This document shows positions 1-11,574 of a stretch of 40,082 bases of DNA, piece by piece. How positions within the stretch are numbered: position 1 is the stretch's first letter; each line of letters begins with the position of its first letter. The DNA is taken from contig NC_068981.1 in assembly GCF_001194135.2 (NCBI RefSeq), positions 12,548,272 to 12,588,353 on the forward strand. Reading direction: 5' to 3'. The notes under the pieces are model-generated. The model was given only the letters and a program-made list of their open reading frames with translations, had not been told where the DNA came from and did not search any database. The stretch comes from Octopus bimaculoides. Taxonomy: Eukaryota. Both the position numbers and the translations under genes were made by a program.

Positions 1-27
<27 letters not shown>

Positions 28-31
<4 letters not shown>

Positions 32-232
32 TTTACTCTTTTACTTGTTTCAGTCTTTTGACTGTGGCCATGCTGGAGCACCGCCTTTGAGTCGAGCAAA
101 TCGATCCCAGGACTTATTTGGAAGCCTAGTACTTATTCTATCGGTCTCTTTTGCCGAACCGCTAAGTTACGGGGACATAAACACACCAGCATCGGGTGTC
201 AAGCGAAGTTGGGGGGACAAACACAGACATAC
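28..232 (-). mobile_element. tRNA-derived SINE, family A, 3' half
   Basis: Reverse complement of the + copy at 30810-30998 (ggcggtgctccagcatggcc.cagtc...gactgaaaca tail; tgtccccc.aac...gcttgaca.ccgatgct). Runs into (CA)n/(TA)n at the family's internal microsatellite position; no head present. Confidence 0.85.
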
Positions 233-313
233 AAACACATACACACATACATATATATATATATATATCTATATCTAAATAGATATACATGATACCACAT
301 GTATATAGATATA

Positions 314-1192
314 AGGGATATCAAAAAGTCAAAAAGTTCCCGGTCTAGTTCTGTAGCGCACCAGCAAATGGTAGCTACCAGTGATCTTCATAAGGTTGTG
401 TACTGAGTGACATTTTTGAGTTTACTTCGCAAGTTGTTACATTTGTAGTTTTTGTGATCGTGTGTAGGCTTGCAAGCTGTGACTTTGTCATGGACAGGAA
501 GTTGGAACAAAGAGCCAACTTGAAATGTTTACTTAAACTTGGTACGTCTCCTACGGAGACATTGAGTATGGTTCAGCAAGCTTACAGTGAAGAGGCAATG
601 GATTGTGCGCAATGTTTTAAGTTGCACGAGTGCATTAAATTCGGGATAACGTCTCCTGGAAGAAGATGAGCCACATAGAAGACCTTTAACGAGCTGCACC
701 CTCGTAAATTTGGTATTGTGCACGATGAATTCGTCTCCCAGGGCCAGGTTGTGAATTGAGATATCTACTACTTCGTTTTGAAGCTTTTGAAGGAGGATAC
801 TCGACGAAAGCGACCGGATCTGTGGAGAGTGAATAAACGAATTCCTCACGACAACAAACTACCCTATCACCAAGATCTCCTCAATCGTCAGTTTCTTGCT
901 AAACACAATATGGTATCTCTTCTGGACCAGCCGATTTTCCCAGATTTAGCACCAGCGGATTTCCATTTTTTCCTCAAAATGAAAATGCACATCAAAGGTC
1001 GCCGTTTTAACACCGTTCTCGAGATGCCGGTCAAATCACAGAAGGCCCTCGACTCGATTACGGGAAGTGACTTCGAGGCCTAATTCAAAAAGTGGCAGGT
1101 GACTATTTCTAAGGAGATGATGATAAAACTCAGGAAAATAAGTTAATTTTTATTAAACATAACTTGTCCGGGAACCATTTGATACCACCTCG
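314..1192 (+). mobile_element. Internally deleted, decayed mariner (Tc1/mariner) DNA transposon
   Basis: Imperfect TIRs: left TA|agggatatcaaaaag[tcaaaaag]ttcccggtctagtt; right end reverse-complemented TA|cgaggtggtatcaaatggttcccggacaagtt. TA dinucleotides flank both ends. Transposase remnants lie inside. Confidence 0.9.
490..1100 (+). pseudogene. Mariner transposase pseudogene (HTH N-terminus plus catalytic C-terminus, middle missing)
   Basis: MDRKLEQRANLKCLLKLGTSPTETLSMVQQAYSEEAM resembles the mariner N-terminal HTH. GIVHDEFVSQGQVVN and HDN...FPDLAPADFHFFLKMKMHIKGRRF resemble the DD34D region (YSPDLAP.D motif). Stops and frameshifts are present; no WVPHEL linker or first catalytic Asp is visible. 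Confidence 0.88.
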
Positions 1193-1329
1193 TATATGTG
1201 GATATATGAATGTATAAATTTCTATGCAATAGTAAACTTATAAATGCTAGATGTCCTAAAATTCTTGTGATATTTCATCGATATCTGATATTGTTTTCAC
1301 TCGTTGTCTTCTGTTTTGTGTGATTTACC

Positions 1330-1377
<48 letters not shown>

Positions 1378-1399
1378 AATATTCAAAGTCTGTCATACC

Positions 1400-1439
1400 G
1401 GCCATGACGAAGGGAAATAGCCCTGAAACTCGAGTCGCC
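1400..1439 (+). ncRNA. Minimal type I hammerhead ribozyme-like motif (Penelope-like-element type), one inserted base in the core
   Basis: ggc-C[a]TGACGA-AGGG-aaatag-CCCT-GAAAC-TCGA-GTC-gcc. This gives CUGANGA with one extra A, a 4-bp stem II, GAAA, a palindromic stem III (ACTCGAGT), a GUC cleavage triplet and a 3-bp stem I (ggc/gcc). Confidence 0.6.
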
Positions 1440-2024
1440 TTTATATATTTATATTTATATTTATATATTTGAACCTTTATATTGAACACTCAATATTTCA
1501 TCTACATTCAATACTTTATTTCATGGTGCCATCCATTTTTATTTTATTTTATTTTATATTATATATTGTATATTCCATATTCTATACCCCACATTGGTTC
1601 TGCAGGAATATAAATAAAACATAAAAAACAGACAGTGTTGGAACTCTTTTAAACAAAATAATATATTCGTCNNNNNNNNNNNNNNNNNNNNNNNNNNNNN
1701 NNNNNNNNNNNNNNNNNNNNNNNNNNNNNNNNNNNNNNNNNNNNNNNNNNNNNNNNNNNNNNNNNNNNNNNNNNNNNNNNNNNNNNNNNNNNNNNNNNNN
1801 NNNNNNNNNNNNNNNNNNNNNNNNNNNNNNNNNNNNNNNNNNNNNNNNNNNNNNNNNNNNNNNNNNNNNAATCAGTAATCAATATTAAATAACAAACACG
1901 AATATTGATTCATTTATTCAAATTTTAACCCATTTTTTTCATTTAAAGACATATGTTACATAGATCTATGCGTCAATATCATTATGTGTGCGTGTATATG
2001 CGCGTTTCTTGTGAGGGTTAGTAC

Positions 2025-2066
<42 letters not shown>

Positions 2067-2139
2067 ATATGCATGCATGTATTTATGTATGCGTGTATGC
2101 TTTCAGTATATGAATTTACACAAGTCAAACTGGAGTACG

Positions 2140-3283
2140 ATCACTCAATACTTATCGTAAATGAACTGGTCCTTCAAAACCGCAACTAAAACGAGCAAAT
2201 AGTCATACAATACCGCAACTGACACGAACGCATGGTATCTCTTTGAGGACGCAGTCATCGACATATGCTTAAAACACATGCCCTAACGACTCATAAATAA
2301 CAGTAGATGCAAGATTTCAAAACAGAGAAAAGCGCTCATCAGGAAAATAAAAAGAACAAACCGAAAAATCAATACTTTAAAATATCACCATCAGCATCAT
2401 TCCAAATCGAGAACATTAACAACCTTGGAATCAACAACTGCAGGACTGTATGAGAATCCTCATAAACGACCGAAGATCGTCAGAAGAAGCCTGGGCTATT
2501 AAAAACGTCAAAAATAATCCTAAGGTCTTTTACTCCTTTGCAAAAACACATAGGACCATAGTTTCCTCTATCGGCCCACTGGTTGATAGAAACAGCACAC
2601 TTCACAGTGATGTCAAAGACATGGATGAGAGCCTTCAAAGTCAATATTGCTCTGCTTTTTGTTACCCTGATTCAGCTGATTCAAGCAACTTCGCTTCTTT
2701 GACGCCGCTGATATCTTCGAAAACACTGATGTCTTAGCAGCAATGAAAGAAATCAAACCTGACGCAGCAGTGAGTCCTGACAGCTTCCCTGCTAGAGTGC
2801 TGAATGAATGCAGTCGGCAACTTGTAGCTCCACTTGCAAATTTCTGGAGGAAATCACTGGATGCAGGTTTGATCCCTCAAAACCTTCTCTCCCAGTCAGT
2901 CGTTCCTATCATTAAAAAGAGGAATAAATCACTCCCAGTAAACTACCGTCCAATCTCACTTACCTCACATATCAAAATATCTGAGTGGGTGCTGAGATCA
3001 AGAATAACAGCCTTCCTAGAACAAAATCATCTCCTAAATTGCAGCCAGCGTAACTTTCATGGTGCGAGGGACTGTCTAACACAGTTCCTCCACCACTTTG
3101 ATGACATCTTAAATGCACTAAGTGAGGGATCCAGTGCCGATGTCATATACCTTGATTTCAGCAAGGCTTTTGAAAGGGTCGACCATAATAAACTATTAAG
3201 GAAACTATCCAACGCTGGAGTCGGTGGAAAGCTACTTAAATGGATTAAATATTTCCTAACAAAGAGGACCCAGCATGTTGTGG

Positions 3284-3287
<4 letters not shown>
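2140..3287 (+). mobile_element. Decayed CR1-like LINE fragment (EN-RT linker and RT N-terminal half)
   Basis: Translations include IKNVKNNPKVFYSFAK, KPDAAVSPDSFPARVLNEC, YRPISLTSH, DVIYLDFSKAFERVDHNKLL and GVGGKLLKWIKYFLTKRTQHVV. Stops are present, and the fragment ends abruptly in (TA)n. 5' boundary approximate. Confidence 0.92.
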
Positions 3288-3356
<69 letters not shown>

Positions 3357-3362
3357 TATATG
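3288..3362. repeat. (TA)n microsatellite truncating the LINE
   Basis: Directly visible. Confidence 0.95.
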
Positions 3363-3694
3363 TATTAATAACTATTTGATTCGGCTTCATCTGATTGGAT
3401 CTGTCGTCGGGTCCTTACAAAGAGTTAGCTCGTTCAGGTTTAGATGAAGGTGCACAGCTGTTTCAAGACATACACGCGCTCTCTCTCTCTCACACAAACA
3501 CACTCGCTTTTACATAAATCTACATGCGTACACACCTATTTTCTCCACGCCCCATCACCACGTCACCAAACATGAGCCAACCATTCTCCAGTCCCCAGCA
3601 ATGCTGTTACAATTATACTCGCATACATATATCACGCCCACATACTCATATAATTATGTGTGTGCGTGTGTGTCTGCGTCTGTGTGTCTGCGTC

Positions 3695-3875
3695 TGCATT
3701 TGTGCTCCCAACTACATGACAACCAGTGTTGGATCGTTTACCTCCTCGTAACATAGGCCATCGGTACCCAAGAATAATAGAATAGATATTCAGAATTTTA
3801 AAACTATGCATTGGGACCGACTTGCTTTGAAGTCGCTGCCCCTGTATATCCGAAGTCAAATGACTGAAACTAATC
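3695..3875 (+). mobile_element. Diverged SINE family A, 3' half
   Basis: gacaaccagtgttggatcgtttacctcctcgtaacataggccatcgg ... agtcaaatgactgaaac aligns with the family A tail; preceded by a (GT)-rich tract. Confidence 0.7.
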
Positions 3876-5448
3876 AACAACAAAACAATAATAGATAAAG
3901 AAAAAAAAGCTATGAAGGGCGTCCTAGTTCAGTTTAGAGCTATCGTGCAGAAATATCGATTTTGCCAGAACTAAATCCATCAAAAAAAAAGTTTGACAAT
4001 CAAATGAACCTACCTCCACGTACTCTTATATATATATATATATATATNNNNNNNNNNNNNNNNNNNNNNNNNNNNNNNNNNNNNNNNNNNNNNNNNNNNN
4101 NNNNNNNNNNNNNNNNNNNNNNNNNNNNNNNNNNNNNNNNNNNNNNNNNNNNNNNNNNNNNNNNNNNNNNNNNNNNNNNNNNNNNNNAGAGAAAGAGGAA
4201 TTTCGATTATCCCCACGTGGTAAGTTGTAATATATATAAGAAATTTAGAAAAAGGAAAATACACACACTTTACATAGTTTTAATTTAATTTTTAATATAT
4301 CGACCGGTTTCGCTTTCGCTATTCATGATATTAGTGTTTACTTATTTGAATATGTATTTTCTTAAGAAATTTTTAGGCATGTTATGTGTGATGATATTTA
4401 CGAGTGAATGGCTTCACAAGTAGGAGAATAAGGGGAGGTAATTGGTTATCGGTATTATTGTGGTTGTTGTAGGTAAGGGAGATAACTGTTCAGCTTTTGG
4501 TTAGGGGAGGGGAATATATATGCGTAAACACGCACACACAAAGGTGATGAAATCGTGAATTGAAATATGTAAAAAGGTAAAAGTATTTATGTGTGCATAT
4601 TAAGACGTGTTCTGTATTTTTCAATGAAAAAAGTTTCTTTGAACGTTCTTGTCGAGAGATTGTGTCTTTGCACTGGTAGAAGGGGAAGACTGTGAAATTT
4701 GGTTTCATGTTATCTGCACATTTAAAAAAAAATGTCTTATGTACACACACACACACACACACACANNNNNNNNNNNNNNNNNNNNNNNNNNNNNNNNNNN
4801 NNNNNNNNNNNNNNNNNNNNNNNNNNNNNNNNNNNNNNNNNNNNNNNNNNNNNNNNNNNNNNNNNNNNNNNNNNNNNNNNNNNNNNNNNNNNNNNNNNNN
4901 NNNNNNNNNNNNNNNNNNNNNNNNNNNNNNNNNNNNNNNNNNNNNNNNNNNNNNNNNNNNNNNNNNNNNNNNNNNNNNNNNNNNNNNNNNNNNNNNNNNN
5001 NNNNNNNNNNNNNNNNNNNNNNNNNNNNNNNNNNNNNNNNNNNNNNNNNNNNNNNNNNNNNNNNNNNNNNNNNNNNNNNNNNNNNNNNNNNNNNNNNNNN
5101 NNNNNNNNNNNNNNNNNNNNNNNNNNNNNNNNNNNNNNNNNNNNNNNNNNNNNNNNNNNNNNNNNNNNNNNNNNNNNNNNNNNNNNNNNNNNNNNNNNNN
5201 NNNNNNNNNNNNNNNNNNNNNNNNNNNNNNNNNNNNNNNNNNNNNNNNNNNNNNNNNNNNNNNNNNNNNNNNNNNNNNNNNNNNNNNNNNNNNNNNNNNN
5301 NNNNNNNNNNNNNNNNNNNNNNNNNNNNNNNNNNNNNNNNNNNNNNNNNNNNNNNNNNNNNNNNNNNNNNNNNNNNNNNNNNNNNNNNNNNNNNNNNNNN
5401 NNNNNNNNNNNNNNNNNNNNNNNNNNNNNNNNNNNNNNNNNNNNNNNN

Positions 5449-5481
<33 letters not shown>

Positions 5482-6851
5482 GTTATGCTTATTTGTGTAG
5501 ATATGTTTACAAAGAAACATAAAGCAACATGATGGACACATAATTAGAAGAGATGTGTTGCATAATATCTGAGTTATAGGCGAATATGTTGATGGCTCTG
5601 TAATGTGGTGTATGTATGGGCTTGCGCAGTTTAGTCATTATATCAGTTTAAAATATTCTTTCGTTCATTGTTATATCACGATACATACCCTTCTATCTAT
5701 TACTTCAAATGTCGATGTGTATCATCGCCTATAGAATTAGTAAAAACCATTATGCGTCAGCCTCACATCAGCGATCACACTTCTAGTTACATACACATAG
5801 ACATACACATAATATATTCTAAACGAATAGTTCATGAAAGAAACTAAATTAGTCTTCTCTGAGAAATTTCTAATCATGTAATTAATAAATCATTTTATTT
5901 TATATTATATTATAATAAAAGGCGGTTTTAGCATCTTGCCGTTTCATGCCAGCAGAAATCCATTTAATAACAGTTGAAACCAGTTAACATTTATGGAAGG
6001 AAGTAGTTTTATTTTTACATCATCTATTTTTTCTTTATTGGATCGATTTGTAATTACCTTCATTATGCTTGTATACACGTCATTGATATTTGATGAAGCC
6101 AGGCATATTACGAAGAGTTAATATTAATAATAACCTTCCTTAATCTCAAACTGCTTAATGTCATTTTCTAACTGATTTAAATCCTAATTTTGGTCATTTC
6201 TTTATTGCGTTCGAGTTTTCTATAATATTTTTCTTGATTGTTTTTTTTCTCTTAAAGATCATCTTATCGCTTGGGAAGATGTTATGTTGTTTGTCATCTA
6301 CCAGATATTAGTAATACATTACAAGATTTATCACTTCATCTAAAATTTCATGTGTGACATCATGTGTGCAGAAACTAAGACAAGCAGCTCCGATGGCAGC
6401 AATGACGTGAGCTCATCTCGGAAGTCGTTTCTTTCAAGAAATATAAGATATAAAAAATATATATATTTAGGTTAAAAGAAAATCGGTTTCATATTTGCGA
6501 TGGATATTTCAGGATGACGAACACAAGAGACATAATGCATCATATATGATCATGCAATAGGAGAAGAAAAACGAGTTGTTTATGAATTGCAAAAACGAAA
6601 ATAATACATTACGAAGACAGATCGCTTAGAATGAATATGCTTACTATAAATGTAGCCGGACTACTGTATAATATTGAGTACTAATTCACTAACGGTTGCT
6701 GAATCATAAGGCGGACTTGCCTGTCTGATCACATTATTCTTTACAAAAATAAAATGAGGATAGGTTCTCGAGGCCTGTTTGGAGATATTATGACTATGCA
6801 ATTTAAATTTGTAGAGATATATCTGTTCCATAGACTGTTTGTCACTTGATT

Positions 6852-6895
<44 letters not shown>

Positions 6896-7391
6896 TATAC
6901 ATATGAATACAGTGTATATTTAAACATATAAGAGGTAGTAGAAATTTCTAATATTTCTTATTACCCTGATATTATTAATTATGTGTACATACATATATAT
7001 ATATATANNNNNNNNNNNNNNNNNNNNNNNNNNNNNNNNNNNNNNNNNNNNNNNNNNNNNNNNNNNNNNNNNNNNNNNNNNNNNNNNNNNNNNNNNNNNN
7101 NNNNNNNNNNNNNNNNNNNNNNNNNNNNNNNNNNNNNNNNNNNNNNNNNNNNNNTATATATACAGAGGCGCGAAACAAATACTGAGGGATTATCAACCTG
7201 GGCAAATTACTTAATGAGCTCTCTGTTGGCACACGAGGCTAACAATACTAATTAAATTAGTGAAGAGCTCCAAGTAATCTTTTGGTAGGGTCCAAAGTTA
7301 TGGTTCATCACAATTCTATATTGTAAATCCATGGATGGGCTTCAGATAAACTGGATTTTATACACCGATCTATAATAGATGTTAAAATAAT

Positions 7392-8195
7392 GGTCATTGC
7401 ATATAATTCCTTTATTATAGCAAATGTTGCTTAAAGCTGTTTCCAGTAGTCGTTATAGATAGGTTTGCTCAATTGGTCTATTTATCAATTCAAGTAAACT
7501 GAAAGACCTAAGAAAATTGAAGATACCTTTATAAGAGCCATTCCTGGAAATAACAAACAGGGCGCTTGAAGAACGGTTATTGTATAGAGCAAGTAGGGGA
7601 AAATTGGGATGTTTAAGTGGACACACTAAAGGCAGGAAACAATGGGGTGGCAGCAATTGGGGAAGTTTTACTTAGTAGAAGTAGCTGTAGTAATACGAGT
7701 ATTATTATTATTAGTTGTTGTAATAGGAGTATTAGGGACAGTCACAAACATAGGTCAGCAACATTACCATATTGTCATTGATATAGTTCAGATATTCTCC
7801 AGCCAATGCATTGAAATTTGATATGGGTTTTTCATGGATATAGCGTGAATCAGACAATAATTTTCAGTATTCAATCTAGCATAGTGAGGGAATAATTTTA
7901 GATTTTTAGAGTAAACTAGCTTAGTGAGGGAATAATTGCTAACACCCCATTGAAACCTGCCTTTACCTTTTCTGCTTCAACACCCACATTTCCCCCACTG
8001 TCTCCAATTAATTAGTGCTCTTCAAGTGCTATTTTTGTTATTTCCAGCAATGGCTCTGACGAAGGTATCGTTAATTATCTTAGGCCTTCCTCTTTACCTC
8101 AGTTGGTCAATAGACTAATTAAACCTGTCTATAACGAATATTGGAAACAGCTGTAAGCTAAATTTGTTATAATAAAGGAATTACATGTAATGACT
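7392..8195. repeat. Long imperfect inverted repeat, arms ~7392-7658 and ~7934-8195, unclassified
   Basis: The reverse complement of the left arm (...tttgttatttccaggaatggctcttataaaggtatc...tggaaacagctttaagcaacatttgctataataaaggaatta...) aligns with the right arm (...tttgttatttccagcaatggctctgacgaaggtatc...tggaaacagctgtaagctaaatttgttataataaaggaatta...). About 80% identity in the core by hand count. Confidence 0.85.
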
Positions 8196-8563
8196 CACAT
8201 TACGGATCTATATCTACCCTAACTACAGCAAATACAGCACTACTTACCTCCCTTATACATAAACTTTTTACTCAGGGATTAGTAGACCTTACACCGTTCA
8301 GTAATCGGTGAGCATTCAAATCAATGATTAGTAATTTTACGAAACCGGTAGGCTTTTGAATATCTTTAACAATTCATAATAATGACTTTTATTACTTTAT
8401 TCCTACCTCGGTTCATCTAATTGTATATATTCATCGTTACTTTTCATAAAATAGCCTGTACTTTTTTGATTTCCAATGTGCATTTTCGCTTATTTTTCTT
8501 CTAACTTTCCCCTTACATTTCCACGTGTAGTTTCTATTTTCTTTTTGTAACATATTTCTATTG

Positions 8564-8640
<77 letters not shown>

Positions 8641-8714
8641 ATGTTTAGATGGATACGCATGTGTGATACATCAATTATTAATTCATTGATATTTTTATCG
8701 CTTCTATCTTTTTT

Positions 8715-9210
8715 CCTATATCTGGTTTAGTAATTGGACTTCGGCGATTCTGGGGTGACACCTTCAGATATTTAGCCAAATATATCGGTCTCAGGGCTTA
8801 ATTTTTAATCTGGTACTTATCCTATAGGTATCTTTTATGGGGAGGTAAGCAAGCCAACATCGATAGTCAAGCGGTGGTGGACGATAAGCTCAAATACACA
8901 CAAACTCAGATATAGTAAATGTGCATGTATGTATATGTGTATGTATGTATTTGCATATATATATGTGTGTATGCATGTCTGTGTGTATATGTATGCATGT
9001 ATGTATGTGTGTATGTATTTATATGCGTGAATGTGTGTATGAGTGTATGTATGTATAAGGTTGACTTCTAATTTCGGTCCAAGAAAGCCATTCACAATGC
9101 CTTGGTCGACCCGTGGTTATATAAGACAATTCTTGGTTAAGGTGCTGCACAGAGGGAGTGAACCTGCAACTAGGAAACTTGGAGGCAACTAACTAACCAC
9201 ACAAAGACCC
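8715..9210 (-). mobile_element. Old, near full-length SINE family A with internal (TATG/TG)n tract
   Basis: Degenerate matches to the family A tail (tggtacttatcctataggtatctttt, gtcaagcggtggtggacga) and head (gccttggtcgacccgtggttata, aaggtgctgcacagagggagtgaacc, taaccacac). Boundaries approximate. Confidence 0.65.
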
Positions 9211-9328
9211 CTTGGTCCACAAAAATCATAAGATGCTGGAAAATCCAGGCAGAACTAATAAACAAATGATATTATATTGAAATATTTGTCTATGTATCCA
9301 TTCACCTGCCTGTCTATTTCCCTTCCGT

Positions 9329-9372
<44 letters not shown>

Positions 9373-9394
9373 TCTTCATACATACATGCGTACA

Positions 9395-9428
<34 letters not shown>

Positions 9429-10399
9429 CATATACATAAATATATATATATTTATATGCATACATAAATACACATTTACGTGGGTATATAAATGTGTATA
9501 TATAACAACATGTATACATACGTACGTACATACATTGAATATCTATATTGTGCTTGCATTTCCCCAATACAACATTGCATTTGTTGGGAGATATATAACA
9601 TGAACAATCCACCAACCAAGCAGTTCTTTCACTACGCGTTACAATTGAACGTCCAAGTGGAGAAATATAGCGTTATGTTTCACTAAGTATGCAATCAAAA
9701 TTTGCATACAAACCTTACTATATTAGTATAAACTTATCTAAGCGTAACTGAATCTGCATTGTATACAAAACCGACTTCAATTATTATGAGAGAAAATACG
9801 TCAAAGGTAGTATTGTATTAGTTTGCATATGGCTTCCAAAACAGAAAGATGCTGCCCGTACGAAAGAGAAATCACACCATCCGGCTTCGAGCAAATAGTC
9901 ATACAAGAAGATGCCAGAAAATAACATCTAGAATATGCAATGAGATATATTAATATTCAAGTAAAGAAATAAATCATCGAAGTTTCTAACTATGAACTTT
10001 ACACTGTCTCATTATGTTTAACTCTCAAATAGACATTCGAACTCATGTACTTGTATCGACTTTGTGAACTTTTACTATTTTCTGTAGTTTCAAATTCCAT
10101 TATGTTACACTGTTAACGCAGCACAATCTGATATAACTTTTATGAACTTTCTTGGTTGTTAATCTGAGATATTATAAATACACACATTCAAAGACATATA
10201 TACCATGAGAGCTGGACTTTTTAAAAAAACTTTGTTTTGTCTTCACACAAAGTATATTGTTCTCGCTACAGTTGAGTGGATGAAAATACCGAGAAAACTT
10301 CATTAAAAAATGCGTTACGCCTCCTCAGCTGCTAAAACGGGTAATTTACAAGTAATGTGATGCTTATAATTCGTGTTCTTTCCATCAGCGTTCATAGAT

Positions 10400-10556
10400 A
10401 GGAGTGGCTGTGTGGTAAGTAGCGTGCTTACCAACCACATGGTTCCGGCTTCAGTCGCACTGCGTGGCACCTTGGGATACTATGTTCTACTATAGCCTCG
10501 GGCCGACCAAGGCTTTGTGAGTGCATATGGTAGGCGGAAACTGAAGGAAGCCCGTC

Positions 10557-10557
<1 letters not shown>
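10400..10557 (+). mobile_element. SINE family A, tRNA-like head and body up to the internal microsatellite
   Basis: AGGAGTGGCTGTGTGGTAAG (A-box-like), GGCTTCAGTCGC (B-box-like), ...gaaactgaaggaagcccgtcg, then (TA)n and an assembly gap. Confidence 0.88.
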
Positions 10558-10592
<35 letters not shown>

Positions 10593-11181
10593 NNNNNNNN
10601 NNNNNNNNNNNNNNNNNNNNNNNNNNNNNNNNNNNNNNNNNNNNNNNNNNNNNNNNNNNNNNNNNNNNNNNNNNNNNNNNNNNNNNNNNNNNNNNNNNNN
10701 NNNNNNNNNNNNNNNNNNNNNNNNNNNNNNNNNNNNNNNNNNNNNNNNNNNNNNNNNNNNNNNNNNNNNNNNNNNNNNNNNNNNNNNNNNNNNNNNNNNN
10801 NNNNNNNNNNNNNNNNNNNNNNNNNNNNNNNNNNNNNNNNNNNNNNNNNNNNNNNNNNNNNNNNNNNNNNNNNNNNNNNNNNNNNNNNNNNNNNNNNNNN
10901 NNNNNNNNNNNNNNNNNNNNNNNNNNNNNNNNNNNNNNNNNNNNNNNNNNNNNNNNNNNNNNNNNNNNNNNNNNNNNNNNNNNNNNNNNNNNNNNNNNNN
11001 NNNNNNNNNNNNNNNNNNNNNNNNNNNNNNNNNNNNNNNNNNNNNNNNNNNNNNNNNNNNNNNNNNNNNNNNNNNNNNNNNNNNNNNNNNNNNNNNNNNN
11101 NNNNNNNNNNNNNNNNNNNNNNNNNNNNNNNNNNNNNNNNNNNNNNNNNNNNNNNNNNNNNNNNNNNNNNNNNNNNNNNNN

Positions 11182-11306
11182 GTAAATCTAGTACTTATTC
11201 TATCTTACCCTTGTACCGAACCGCAAAGTTACGGGGACGTAAACACACAAGCATCGGTTGTCAAGCGATGTTGGGGGACAAACAGAGACACACAAACATA
11301 TACACA

Positions 11307-11369
<63 letters not shown>

Positions 11370-11548
11370 ACACACACACACATGTATATACAACCAGCTT
11401 CTTTCAGTTTCTGTCTACCAAATCCACTCACAAGGCTTTGGTCGGACCGAGGCTATAGTAGAAGACACTTGCCCAAGGTGCTACGCAGTGAGACTGAACC
11501 CGGAACTATGTGGTTGATAAGCAAGTTACTTACCACAGAGCCACTCCT
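11182..11548 (-). mobile_element. SINE family A, 3' end lost in the gap
   Basis: Reverse complement starts AGGAGTGGCTCTGTGGTAAG...GGGTTCAGTCTC, has an internal (TA)(CA) tract at ~11290-11390, and its 3' body matches copies at 28-232 and 30810-30998. Confidence 0.9.
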
Positions 11549-11557
11549 AAACCTATT

Positions 11558-11563
11558 AAAAAA
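11558..11563 (-). terminator. T6 run, candidate Pol III terminator downstream of the U6 copy
   Basis: AAAAAA on +. The U6 copy itself ends in only TTT, so this is the first run of at least 4 T, about 12 nt downstream. Confidence 0.4.
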
Positions 11564-11574
11564 TCTGCTTCAAG

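Noticed and set aside
3838-3860. CCCTGTATATCCGAAGT resembling miR-10
   Set aside because: It lies inside a diverged SINE tail, and no complementary arm is nearby.
6370-6475. Ser-rich reading ETKTSSSDGSNDVSSSRKSFLSRN after tgtgcag
   Set aside because: Weak acceptor, no clear donor, ends in a stop, and no recognisable homology.
7156-7200. TA|cagaggcgcgaaac as a Tc1-like TIR start
   Set aside because: No matching inverted end is visible in the window.
8241-8250. TACTTACCT: U1 5' end-like, or a strong minus-strand donor (GAG|GTAAGTA)
   Set aside because: No further U1 similarity, and all three upstream frames are closed within ~45 nt; at most a non-coding exon end.
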